A DNA stretch of 62,407 bases, filler included, from Basidiobolus ranarum (GCA_040143965.1; 26 parts of 26 records of this genome joined end to end with filler, not necessarily neighbours in it); one strand, 5' to 3'; positions 50,529 to 62,407 are shown, counted from the first letter of the whole stretch. Notes: a model not told the origin generated them from the letters alone. A program made the numbers and translations.

Positions 50529-52825
50529 CAACATCAATGCTTCATGATCAAGATTTACCACAACAGTTCTGGGCTGAATTGGTTGCAACTGCAGTATATA
50601 TTAGGAGTAGATGTCCTTCAAGGCCTCTATTGGCTATGACACCTTATCAAGCTTGGTTTGGAAGTAAACCTGATGTGGCTAATCTCAGAGTTTTTGGAAG
50701 TATCACATGTGCATTGATTCCAGACCAGAAGAGGTCAAAATTTGACCAAAAAAGCCAGAAATGTCTTTTTTTGGGATATTGTGAAGGAACAAAAGGACAC
50801 AGGCTATATGCCACTGAAAATAAAAGGCTAATCAAGTCAAGGAACATGAAATTTGTGGAAGAAGCAAAATTTTCAATCAAAACAATCCAGGATCAAGAAA
50901 AACAAAGAAAGTCTCTCACCTGCAGTCTCCTCAACCAAGCCTGAGGTGGTTTCATTGCCAAATTGGTACCAGAAGTTGTAGTGACAATTTCCCATCTTAG
51001 GAGATCCAATTGGATGATATCTCCACCTAATTGCAACTCTCACACTAGCCAAAAGGAGCCTAGTGCCAATTTAGCCTTTTTGATGAGCCCAAACCAGTAC
51101 AGGAGGCTCTGGAGAGTCCCAACACAAAGCTTTGGAGTGCTGCATTGGCGGAGAAGTATCAGTCACTCATACATAACCAAACTTGGACTTTAGTTAAGTT
51201 TCCTGATGACAAAAAATCAATTGGATGCAAATTGGTGTTTAAAGTTAAACAGCAAGATAAAAGATCTGTAGAAAGATATAAAGCCAGACTTGTGGCTAAA
51301 TGATACTCTCAAATGGAAGGAGTGGACTACAATGAAACATTTACTCCTGTAGCAAAGTTTGATTCCATCCAAACCTTACTAGCAGTAGCAGCAAGACACA
51401 GCTTAAAAAACCATCAAATGGATGTTAAAACTGCTATTTTGAATGAGGACATGGAGGACAATATATTCATGGATCAACCAGAAGGTTTTGTGGATCCTGA
51501 GCACCCTGAGGACATGTGTAAGCTACAAAAGTCACTTTATGGAGTTAAACAATCACCCAAGGCCTGGTATACTTAGATATACTCATACTTGGAATCACTT
51601 GATTTACAAAAGAGTATGGCAGACTTTGGGATTTACTTAAACACAGATAAGGACAGTAAGGTGATACTAGCCTTATATGTAGATGATCTGAGTACAGCTA
51701 CCAACAGTGATGAAGCTTTCAGGAACACTAACAGATATCTATCAGTCCAATTCAAGATGACTGATTTAGGTGAACTTACGTATTTTTTTTGGTCTGCAGA
51801 TCAATACAGATATATTGAGCAAATCTATTACCCTATATCAATCTAAATACATCTCAGACATTCTCAGATGGTACAGGATAGAGAATTGCAAGCCAGTAAC
51901 AACTCTCATGGATCCAGGTGTGAAACTAGTCATTAATCCCATTAAAAATGATGAAAATCTGCCAAATATGGCTCAAAATATGTCATTTGAAAGCCCTGAG
52001 TTCCCTTGTCAATCAATGATTGGTAGCTTGATCTATGCTAAGGCTGGAACCCAACCAGATATCTCTTTTGCAGTGGGAGTAGTCAGCCACCATGTGCAAA
52101 ACCCAGAATTTGAGCATTATGCAGCAGTTAAGCACATTTTCAGATATTTGAAGGGGACAATTGATCTGGGATTAAGATACACATATTTTTATGAGAATAA
52201 GGATCTAATTGGGTCTAGTGATGCAGATTGGGGATGTGATATTGAGGACAGCAGATCTATCACTGGATATACCTTTCTCTATGGTGAAGCAGCCATATCT
52301 TGGAGTAGCAAGAAATAACCCACCTTAGCACTTTCAACAACTGAAGACGAATACATGGCAGCATCACATACAACAAAGGAGGCTATGTGGTTAAGGAAAT
52401 TGTTCAAAGACTTGGGCTTTATTCAATGTTCACCCATCATAATTTTCAAGGATAATCAAAGTTGTATTTCTTTAGCTAAAAATCCCATTTTTAATGCTAG
52501 AAGTAAGCACATAGATATTCAAGATCACTTTGTTAGGGAAGCTATTGAGGATAAGCACATCTAACTGGAGTACTGTCCAACTGAGGACATGATTGCTGAC
52601 ATCCTTACCAAACCATTACCCAAGCCAAAATTTGAAGAATTAAGATTTAAGTTAGGATTAAGATATATGAATATTTAGTTGAGTGGGAGTGTTGAAGTTT
52701 ATTGTCTTTATCATATTTATTATCTCTATCTTTATACACCTAACTATTTTATATATTACAAATAAGTGAGTTAGCATTACTTAGTCAAATATCACTTAGC
52801 TGAAAATAGGAACATATATTCATAT
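50529..52825 (+). mobile_element. Ty1/copia family B pol (integrase C-terminus, RT, RNase H), PPT and 3' LTR start
   Basis: FWAELVATAVYIRSR, QMDVKTA, LYVDDL, SDADWG and RSKHIDI motifs. PPT GAGTGGGAG, then LTR TGTTGAAG at 52690. Confidence 0.96.
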
Positions 52826-53998
52826 NNNNNNNNNNNNNNNNNNNNNNNNNNNNNNNNNNNNNNNNNNNNTTAATTAATTAANNNNNNNNNNNNNNNNNNN
52901 NNNNNNNNNNNNNNNNNNNNNNNNNATACTCAAAGATATCCATTGACAGCTCTAGACATAACCCACAAAGATTAAAGCTTTCATTATCTTTTGAAAGTGC
53001 AAAAATGTCTAAAAGAACATATCTTAAACTTACCACATAAGTAAAATAAACTGTTAACAAAATGGTAAATAACCTCGTGCCGGATAGTGCCCAATCATGC
53101 CAATTTGTGCTGGCACACTTTTTAGCTGGCCTGATCTGGCTCAATAAAATGGAACAAGTCTAATACTCCTTAAATTGAATATGATGAGATTGAGGTCAAC
53201 ATAGTGTAGCTTACAAGCAACTATGACTCCTCCTGCATTTAATACTTCTAATAGCAGACTAATTGAAGTTCACTGATTATTATCAATTATATATCTATTC
53301 AATCATTACACAAAAGCTGCTCCAAAACAACTAATGGCCACACATTAAGCATAAATGATATCTTGAGTAATTCAAATATTGCTTTGACTAGTGGTTTGTT
53401 AAATTGTCAGCAATGATCTCCTTGGTAGGATAACAGATAAGTTTAAATATGGCAATATTTGTTTCTTCTTTTATGGAATAATACCAAATATCCATTTATT
53501 TGGTTCTAGCATGAAATATAGGGTTTTCAGTCAACAAAATAAGACTGTCACTTTTGTCAAATACCGGAATACAAATTTCAACACGTATTCAATATCAGTA
53601 TATAACTTGCTAAGGGATATGACTTTTTATGTAGAAGCCAAGGCCATCCAAGACTCTGCTTCTGAAGAGAAAGAAGTATGGCTGGTGGCTGCTTGCCATC
53701 CCCAATCTCTAGTACCCTACAAGACAGTAGCTCCAGGTATTATTCTTCTGAAGACCTAGCTTTTATCCCAGTCTGCATCACTGTAGTCACCAATTTTGCA
53801 CATAAGGAGTGCATTAGTACTCATTTACTAGGTATAGATTTTTCACTGATATCCAGATGTTTGTTGTACAGCTATGCTGTTTTCAGATTCCAAGCAATTG
53901 AATGATATGCTGACAGCTTCCAATAATGCAGCAGCTAGTGGACATGCTTTAACTATAGTGTGTATTATCCACTCAAATGGACAGATAAAGGAAATCCT

Positions 53999-55221
53999 AT
54001 TGAAATTAATAATTACCAACTCATAATTTAGTAGCTAGTTTATTTATACTCTGATTATAAAGCATTCAATTCTGCTATTCGAAAACGGGTGTTTATTGCT
54101 CTAACTGATGGAGTTATCAATTGGATCACTTTTACTAATATTCACTATTTTCTCAAAACTTCTCCAAATCCCCTCACATTTTCATTCAAGCTGCATAGGC
54201 ATGCTTGTTAAGATCTAAGCATGTGCTTTAGTTATATTTCATAGCAAGCTATTCAGAGGATCTATTCAACAAAATAAAACCTAAGTGTCTAAATCAAAAA
54301 TCAGAATCTTGTCCAAAAAACTTCCAAATTGTTGACATTAGGTAAATAGCAACTCATTATTTAGTAGTTAGTTTATTCATATTCTGATTATTTAGCACTT
54401 AATTGTGTCATTCAAAAATGAGTGTTTATTGGCCTCATTGATACAAATATCAATTAGATCACTTTTACCAATTTTCACTATTTTCTCAAAACTTCTCCAA
54501 ATGACCTCAAATTTTCACCCATGCTTAACAGGCATGTTTGTTATGATCTAAGCACAACCAATAGTCCTATTTCATAAAAAACTATAAATAGGACATATTC
54601 AATTCAATATAACTTAAGTATCTAATGCACATATCCAAATCTTGTCCAAAGCACTTCCAAATCCCCTAAACACTTTTATCAGGTTATGAGCCCCAAGCTA
54701 GCTGTTAAAGGAATGTATACCAGTACCATTACCAATGTTTTTGCATGCACCAAGAAGTTTGATGGTGAAGACTTTCACCTTTGGATGTTAAAGATGCAAA
54801 TGGTGCTAGAAGACAAGGACCTTTAGGGATTTGCCACAGGAGAAGAAATAGAGCCAAAGGGACCCCCAGAAGCTATCCTAGCCTTTCACAAGAAGCAGAG
54901 GTGAGCACTCTTGACACTTTGTCTACATCTCAGAGGTTCTCAATTGAGGCACATACAATCAGCCAAAAACATCCAAAATACTTGGGAAACACTTGAGGGA
55001 CTATTTGAGACTAAAAGTCTGGCTAATAGGCTATACCTTAGGCAAAAACTGTTCTCAACTCAGATGAATCCTGTTAATTCTATGCTTAATCATGTCAGTT
55101 GGATAAAAACTATGGCAGATCCGCTCTCATCCATTGGGGCATATCTAAATGAAGATGACATGGTCATGATACTACTAGGGAGCCTGCCAGATGAGTTAGG
55201 GAACCTCATAATTGCTCTAAA
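53999..55221 (+). mobile_element. Ty1/copia family C: two tandem LTR copies (53999-54329, 54330-54681), PBS and gag start
   Basis: Direct repeat of about 330-350 bp. The second copy runs TGTTGAC...TTTTATCA and is followed by GGTTATGAGCCCC and KFDGEDFHLWMLKMQMVLEDKDL. Confidence 0.88.
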
Positions 55222-55321
55222 NNNNNNNNNNNNNNNNNNNNNNNNNNNNNNNNNNNNNNNNNNNNTTAATTAATTAANNNNNNNNNNNNNNNNNNNNNNN
55301 NNNNNNNNNNNNNNNNNNNNN

Positions 55322-56398
55322 TTAACATATATGAATACCATCAAAATACCATCAAGAAACTGCCATCACACCATCAAAATCCCTGGCAGAATGCAAGCCA
55401 CCAATATTGAACACAGTTCTCTGATGGTTTTACTCTTTTGGAGGATGGATCTGGGCTGGATCAAATCAATTTTATTTTTGTTAGGGAATGTATCAGCAAA
55501 ATTAGTGATGGATGTAATGCAATGGGTTATGGAGACTCCAGATTATATTAACCTTCCAGCAAAGGGCTCTTTTCAATGTGCCCATTGGTTTTTGCATTGT
55601 TTGAACACAATAATAGCAGCAAAGCCCAATCCATGGACACAGAGTAAATACCTCTATAAATTGGAGTAATTTGTTTGTGTAATAATCAGACAGTTTTTAT
55701 AGGAAATCTGCAAGACAGACTTCTTGGTGAGATAGATTAAGATATGCAGTTTTATTGTTTTAGCCATGGGGTAATCTATTCAAGCAATGACACATCTACT
55801 TGTGGCAGGACATTTGTTGACTGAAAGTCAGAGATATATTAGCTGAATTCTTTACAGAAATTGGCAAAAATCCAAGAGCTTATTCTCATTGTAAATGGTA
55901 ACAAGAGTCAGCTATTTGCCAAGTGTCAGTGCTATTCAAATTTCAGATGATTAGCAATTTTTCCTCTGTTAATTTGCTGATAAAACATATTGATGTTGTT
56001 GAGTTATGTCTAATCAGTCAAGTATATGCATATGTAGAGACTAAACACAACAATATTCTTCTATTTTTTGATTTTCATTATGGCTGGAATACAAAGCCTG
56101 CAATATCTAAATAAATGCATGCATATTAATTTGAATTCCTACAGCAGCAAACCCAGTAATTTGCCATTCAAAAATTAGATTTTTGCAAAAATTGCTTGAT
56201 ACTGAATCACACGTGCCAAATTTGAGGATCAATAATTTAGCATGTCTGAATAGCATCAAAATACCATCAAGAAACCACCATCACACCATTAAAATCCTTG
56301 GCAGAATCACGCCACCAATATTGTGATGGTTCTCTGATGGTTTTGCTATTTTGGAGGGTGGATCCAATCCGGATTAAATTGATTTTTTTTTGTTAGGG
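55322..56398 (+). mobile_element. Two CACTA-like end B copies in tandem, the first nested into the transposase 3' region of the second
   Basis: TTGTTAGGG ends at 55486 and 56398, with transposase-homologous sequence between them. Confidence 0.85.
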
Positions 56399-56759
56399 TT
56401 ACTGATGCACAATTTCTATTTAATTATCCATATTTGTCTTACTCATATTTTCTTGCTAATGCTATAACACTATTACAGTTATCCTCTATAATTTGAGATT
56501 TGACAGTATCAACACACATCAGCTCTATTATCTTATGGAAAGTTCTACACTCTTCCAGAACATTACACAGACCCATATTACAGTACATCACAGAGTTACT
56601 CAACCATGGTTATTGCACCCTATGAACACCACACACAACCCTTAAGACATTGCGGTTATAGTTGCTGCTTACACCTTAAAATAACTACACTATTTTATTT
56701 TGCTGAGAATTAGCCTGCTTAGCCCTTCATTGAAAAGCTTGGTCCCAACATAATCTGCT

Positions 56760-57617
56760 GCTTATTTCTCCAGTCTTGGCTCTAAGACAATTATGAAGCT
56801 CTCAAATTTGTCCAGCAGGATCCTAAGTAATGTCATGACTTTGTCATCCTTGTTTAGAGTTGCTCCAATTGATAAGAGGAGATATGCCATAGCTTGAATC
56901 TCATATACGTGACTAGCCATGGAATCTTCAGAATTCATCAGAATCAACAGTAATGTTGATCTAATATGTGGCCCATTAGCTAGATTTTTTCTCTCATAGA
57001 GTAGATCAAGTGTTTTCTATTCATTTAGGAAGTTTTTTGCTCATTGAATGTGCCTCATTTGACAGTCTCCAAGATGAAGACAAAATATAGTGAATACTTT
57101 TCTCAGCTCTTGTGAAAGATATGAATAGCTTTTGGTAGTCTGTTTGGCTCCATTTCTTCTCCTGTAACATATCCCCACTGGTCCTTGTCTTCTAGCACCA
57201 TTTTCATCTTGAACTTGTTAAGGTGAAATCTGCACCATCAAACATCTCAGTGGACACAGAAGCAGTGGTAAAAGAACGGGTAGATATCTCATTAACATCT
57301 AGCCAGGGGCACATAATGTGATAAAAGTCTTTGGTGGATGTGGAAGTGCTTTTGACAACATTCGGATTTGAGAATTAGATCTTTAAGTTTTGTTGAATAG
57401 AATATTTTCTGTTTATGATATACTATGAAAAAGACTGGTGGAATAGTTTGGATGATAATAAACATGTCTGTATGGCATGATTAAAAATTTGAGGTGATTT
57501 GCAAAACATTTGAGAAAATAGTGAAATTTGGTAAAAGTGAGCTAATTGCTATTTCTATCAATCAGCGCAATAAACACATACTTTCAAATGTCAGAATTGT
57601 GAACCAAATAATCAGAA
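56760..57617 (-). mobile_element. Ty1/copia family C 5' LTR, PBS and gag (degenerate)
   Basis: Reverse-complement homolog of 54380-55221. The LTR ends at 57319. Confidence 0.85.
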
Positions 57618-57717
57618 NNNNNNNNNNNNNNNNNNNNNNNNNNNNNNNNNNNNNNNNNNNNTTAATTAATTAANNNNNNNNNNNNNNNNNNNNNNNNNNN
57701 NNNNNNNNNNNNNNNNN

Positions 57718-57891
57718 GCATTAGAGTGGTCACCCAAACCACTTGACGTACTGATAAAGGGAGAAAAGCTTGAAAATCAAGAAATAGAAGCCGAAATCTC
57801 TGAAGAAGACAGGAAATTATTAGAACATAAGGAAATTCGCGAAGTTCTTGTCAAAGTGATGAAAATACGTGGACTTTACGGAAAGGATTGA
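57718..57891 (+). CDS. 3' end of an unidentified protein-coding gene
   Basis: Open frame from the contig edge, ALEWSPKPLDVLIKGE...KVMKIRGLYGKD*, in a gene-rich, CpG-retaining contig. Confidence 0.5.
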   Translation, partial: ALEWSPKPLDVLIKGEKLENQEIEAEISEEDRKLLEHKEIREVLVKVMKIRGLYGKD

Positions 57892-58647
57892 AGCACCCAT
57901 TGAATAAGCCATTCCAACAAAAGTAATAGTAATGATAATGTAAGCCCTCTCTAGCTATGGAAAATAAATGTAATATGTTTACAAAACTAAAAAGAGTTGA
58001 GGCTGTATACTCGATCGAAATCTTAAACATGCTAAGCACTCTGCTCCGAAGAATGCAATGCTATAAAGATGATTATATAATTAGTAGGCATTACTTTTCG
58101 ATGGATTATCTCCTCAATGTACAGCATTAGCTGCTAGAAATTCAGCACACCAATTCAGTTTGATTATGTAAGAGATGTGTTATGAAATTGCGGTCATTAG
58201 TTAAGCTACGTGCTGTGAATAATGAACTATATATTACGAAAGCTTATGTAAATAAGGGACTAATTGAAATGTTTGAACTAAGCCTCAATCTCGAGTAAAA
58301 GCGATCCTTGGGAATACTCTGCAGTAGATAAAATGAAAATATCAGTTATTCATCGATTGGCAATATCTCCATCAAGTGTATTACCTCGAGACAGCTGTAT
58401 ACATCAAGGAGTTCCGAGTGATTTGATGACTATGTATGTCTTAAATCTACGTATTCGACTATCACATATACAGATACCAAGCCAACATGTTATAGTCAGC
58501 GTAGTTTCTAGCCTCGAGAATATGTCAAGTCATCGCTTATCTCACATCTCGAGTGATGACTGAGCGCTTACATCACATTCCAAATCAACGTATATAATTT
58601 TCAAGCTTGTCCTGTAGAAAAAGCAGCTTTTCTATATTTCTTTCCAA

Positions 58648-58911
58648 ATGGATTCAGTCAAAACGAACTTGCAAGCCGCTTCTGGCGCAATCAAAGAAAC
58701 CCTTGGCCACGCGACTGGAAATCAACGCCTAGAGGACAAGGGAGCTGATCAGTACGCCCAAGCACAGGTTAATCATGATGGTGATAACAATCAATCCTCC
58801 AAGTACAATACTGCTGTGACGAATAATATTGATCCATCATTTGGTAACCAGGACCCTTCTTCCGTAACCAACTCTAATATCTCTCAGGGCAAGGTTGATC
58901 AAAACTCCTGA
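58648..58911 (+). CDS. Small CsbD-like / hydrophilin stress protein
   Basis: SGAIKETLGHATGNQRLEDKG motif. TATATAA at about 58591. Confidence 0.7.
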   Translation: MDSVKTNLQAASGAIKETLGHATGNQRLEDKGADQYAQAQVNHDGDNNQSSKYNTAVTNNIDPSFGNQDPSSVTNSNISQGKVDQNS

Positions 58912-59243
58912 GGTAACGTGTTTGTAACAAATAAACTTCTCAACTCTTCATATATCGAATTTATGAGCTTGCATTGAAATTTCCTTCAAATCATGATACA
59001 AGTGTCTGCTCAAGAATATGCAACAGTAATCTCACCTTTACTAGCATTTATCAAGAGAGCAACGTCAACGATGTTGCATATCTTTGAGGATTGTGTGAGG
59101 ATGAAGAACTGGAAGTGTAGAGTAGATATTCTGTTTATAATTTCTTAGAATATATGATTATCTATGTCTACACAGCTATTTAATAAATCGGTGAGATTAT
59201 TTCTTTTTTAGTGAGTGATTTCGTATTTTTTTGTTTACTTTTT

Positions 59244-59325
59244 TCCGCAACAAATGAGATGGGTTTGATCATAGCGAATTCCAAAATGATGAAGCCAGCC
59301 AGGGTTCGATTCCCTGATAGCGAAC
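59244..59325 (+). tRNA. Degenerate tRNA gene or pseudogene, Gly(TCC)-like
   Basis: Perfect T-arm CAGGG-TTCGATT-CCCTG (59300-59316), TTCCAA anticodon-like loop and a downstream T-run terminator. Acceptor and D stems pair poorly. Confidence 0.45.
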
Positions 59326-59790
59326 ATTTTTTCGCATATATTTTTTTCTTCGAACGGTTCATCATAGTAATGCGTAATCAGAGTTTTAAAATCAACTCTT
59401 GCCTGCATCTGAATGGTGTTCCGCAGCTTATCGAGTAAAGTATGAAGATGACTTAGGAGAGGGTAGACAATTAGGCCCACTCAGCCATCAATGAACAGGT
59501 TTGAGATCGAAATCTGTAATATCTTGTTGATATGCAGTCAAATTGATTCTTGTCTGTTAACAGATCTGCACACTAAGCAATCGAGAGCTAATGACATACA
59601 TGGTAATCTTATTATTTGAGAAAATCGATTTCTTCTGCTTGCAAAAATTGTTGATATCCCGAGGCATAAAAAGAAAAAAGATCTTGAATGATCGCGAAAA
59701 TCCAGTAGATTAAAATCGATCTGACCCCTTGCTGGTACATTCTTTCCGCTCTTCTTTACGGTATTTCCTCAATCGAGCTATTAATTTAAG

Positions 59791-60012
59791 ATGGGTCGCA
59801 TGCACACTCCAGGGTACGTAGAATCTATTGCAATGAATCCATCCAACCATCGATACCAATTTTGTTTTTAGAAAGGGTATTGCCTCTTCAGCCCTCCCCT
59901 ATCGTCGTACTCCTCCTTCTTGGGTCAAGTCCACCCCTGAAGAAGTTTGCGAACATATTTGCAAGCTCGCCAAGAAGGGTTTGACTCCTTCCCAAATTGG
60001 TGTTCTTCTCAG
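59791..60012 (+). CDS. RPS13: 40S ribosomal protein S13 (uS15), 5' part, intron 59814-59871
   Basis: Spliced translation [54 protein letters not shown], with a GT-AG intron. Missed by the ORF track. Confidence 0.97.
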
Positions 60013-60112
60013 NNNNNNNNNNNNNNNNNNNNNNNNNNNNNNNNNNNNNNNNNNNNTTAATTAATTAANNNNNNNNNNNNNNNNNNNNNNNNNNNNNNNN
60101 NNNNNNNNNNNN

Positions 60113-62407
60113 CCAAAAATATGAATGACCTTGCTATTCACAAAAAGTTCCTCAAGTACATGAACACCCAAATACCCCGATCCACCCGTCATTAATATAC
60201 TGATCCCATCGGATCCGTTGGCTGGGTGACTTTCAGGTAATGCAATGTCATTAATAGTGTATTTGTTGACAAATCTCTCAAAGTATGCATCTAGATTTTT
60301 AACATTTTTGCCGATCCCATCTTGACACTTACTTTCCCCTGCTTGGTCAATCAAAAACGTGGAGAGAGAGTCGATAGTTGGATGCTCAAATATGAAAGAG
60401 TATGGAAGTTCCAGAAAACTAAACCTCTTGGAGATCACGTTTCGAAACTCCATTGCGGCAATTGAGTCCATTCCAAGGTCAATCAGAGAGTCAGTATAGT
60501 GGTCGAAAGTATCTGGAGTCATCTCAAGGATGTTGGCAATACTGGTTTGCAGAAATTTACACACTTTATCACGCTTAAGAATACTCTTCTTGACGGTAGT
60601 GAATATGTGGCACCCAAGTGTGTCAATGGTGACTTGGTCAAAGATAGATGAGAAGGGAAGGTTGAGTTCCGGTATTTGAAAGGTAATTTTGCCATGGAAC
60701 TCCATTGCTGCGATCGAGTCCATCCCCATATCAACTAGAGATTTGGAATGATCAGCAAATTGATCGCAAGGCTCATCCAAGATGGCAGCAATGGTTTTTT
60801 GCAGAAATGATTTGATGGAGTGTTCATTGATTTCTATCAGTTGTGACTGGTCAGGTCTGCTACTAACTTGTTCAAACAACTCGTTGATCTCTCTTTCATA
60901 CTCCTTTGTTATCTTCTTACGAGATATGTTGCCCTTGGGTGTGCATGGGAGGGTTCGGTTTGGAGGTAAGATGTAAATCATATTCTTGCGAATTCTTGAG
61001 TGCTTTGGGATCTGACGATTGATAATCTCTAACAAATCTCGAATCAACTGAAGAGATTCTTTCTCAGTGTGACCTTTAGAAGGCTCTACAAATAACCCGG
61101 TACCTGATCTATTAGCGCCTAGTATGGTTACATTTCTAAAGACACCTTTCCCATCAACCATTAGTTGCTTTTCTATTGGTAGAGGTCTAGTTTTCTCGCC
61201 ATCATTGTGGATAAGAATATCATCAAATCTTCCCTTATACATCCACTTGCCAGAGCCAGCTGGGGTCTCAACAAAAAGATCTCCTGTGTGAAAAGCCCTC
61301 GTCTCTGGATTGATTACTAATCCTGGAGCTAATACCGGCTCATCAGCACAAAACGTTAACTCTTTTTCATCTTCTAAGCCTTCTACTGATACGAAAGAGG
61401 TTTTGCCTGGGTTAAATGGAGTCATTAAATTCCAGTTTTTGTCAGCTGGATCGGAATTCGCTGTTAAAATTAGACCAGTAGTTTCAGTCATTCCGTACAT
61501 CGATACAAGATTGACGTTTTGTTTGACTAAGTTAGTGGCAATATGTTCAGAGAATGCTGCACCGCCAATCATTATCACGCGTAACTTCTGCAACAAAGGA
61601 TACACAGTGGGATCCTCCTCGGCAATAAAATAGATTTGTTCTAGCATCCACGGCACAAGTATTAGCAAAGTTGGTTGATATCTTTTCATAGTTTGAATGA
61701 TGTTGTGACCAGTGGGAATGAAAGTTCCCAAATGTGAAGGTGGAATTACGTAAGTTGCACCGTGATACATCATTCTCAAGAAATCGCAAATATTACCAGC
61801 AACATGAAATAATGGTAGGAAGGCACAGGCAATACTTTCCGAGTTAACATACCCTCTTTGGAAAGCCTCACAGTATCTAAAACCGGTTAGGATCTGCCTG
61901 CTACCCTGGGTGATGAGTTTTGGAAAGAGTGTGCTTCCAGAGGTATGAATATACATGATACGTCGATCTAGATCAGTAGGTCGTCCTTTTCCTAGTGATT
62001 CCATCTCGGGGGTTATCGGGAAAGTTTCATTGGTGTTAGGGCTCAAGTTCGGGATACTGTGATACTCATCAGACTCATGCTCAGTCAGAAGATATACCTG
62101 AATAGCTGGTATTACTTTGCAGATAGCTTTGGCTATTTCAAGGAATTGAGGATGTACTGCCAAGACACTTGCTTTTCCTTCTTTCAAGAGCTGAATCATC
62201 CCATCAGAAGAGTTTTTCGTACTCAGGTTTAGCGATACAGCCCGTGCTCGTATCAAGGAATATACAAGGGTACAGTACTCAATACAGTTAGGTGCTAAGA
62301 TTCCTACCACAGTGTTTTCTTCGATCGGGATTTGATTCTTCGACCATAAATGGAAGCTGTTATAGAGGGTCAAATCCCGGAACTGCTTGTAGGTGATTTG
62401 CTGTTCT
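60113..62407 (-). CDS. NRPS-like reductase with A-T-T-R architecture, partial at both ends
   Basis: A domain motifs YIHTSGST, LPLFH, YGMTE, FHTGD, GRFDD and TPKG. Two carrier motifs, DMGMDSIAAMEF and DLGMDSIAAMEF. Rossmann start ILMTGGSGYLG. Confidence 0.92.

Noticed and set aside
59244-59325. Selenocysteine tRNA
   Set aside because: No TCA anticodon loop and no long paired variable arm or extended acceptor stem.
57718-62407. Apparent gene cluster of RPS13, CsbD-like and NRPS-like genes (and any cluster pairing the cyclase with a transporter)
   Set aside because: The NRPS-like gene and the transporters are on separate size-sorted contigs, so adjacency across linkers has no biological meaning.

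Overview
This window is not continuous DNA. It holds 26 short contigs (about 2317 down to 2295 bp, size-sorted) joined by artificial 100-bp linkers (44 N + TTAATTAATTAA + 44 N), so nothing can be inferred across a linker. The content points to an AT-rich, intron-poor fungal nuclear genome. An early-diverging fungus such as Basidiobolus is plausible, but that is inference only. Most of the sequence is degenerate, CpG-depleted, nested transposon debris: at least three Ty1/copia families, Ty3/gypsy gag pieces, a LINE RT, and many pieces of one CACTA/CMC-like DNA transposon with CCCTAACA termini and a second, accessory ORF. Host genes or fragments include an OFA-type MFS transporter, two tandem sugar porters, a DUF4449-like gene with a nonsense codon, a CsbD-like gene and RPS13. 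The most interesting items are: (1) a complete intronless 366-aa orphan with the motif layout of a non-canonical class I terpene cyclase; (2) an NRPS-like A-T-T-R reductase with tandem carrier domains; (3) a Crinkler/RHS-type P-loop NTPase with a probable restriction-endonuclease-fold tail; (4) a whole-contig inverted duplication of a LEA2-like membrane gene; (5) a nad5 NUMT wedged between retroelement pieces. Family assignments come from recalled motifs, not from database searches.
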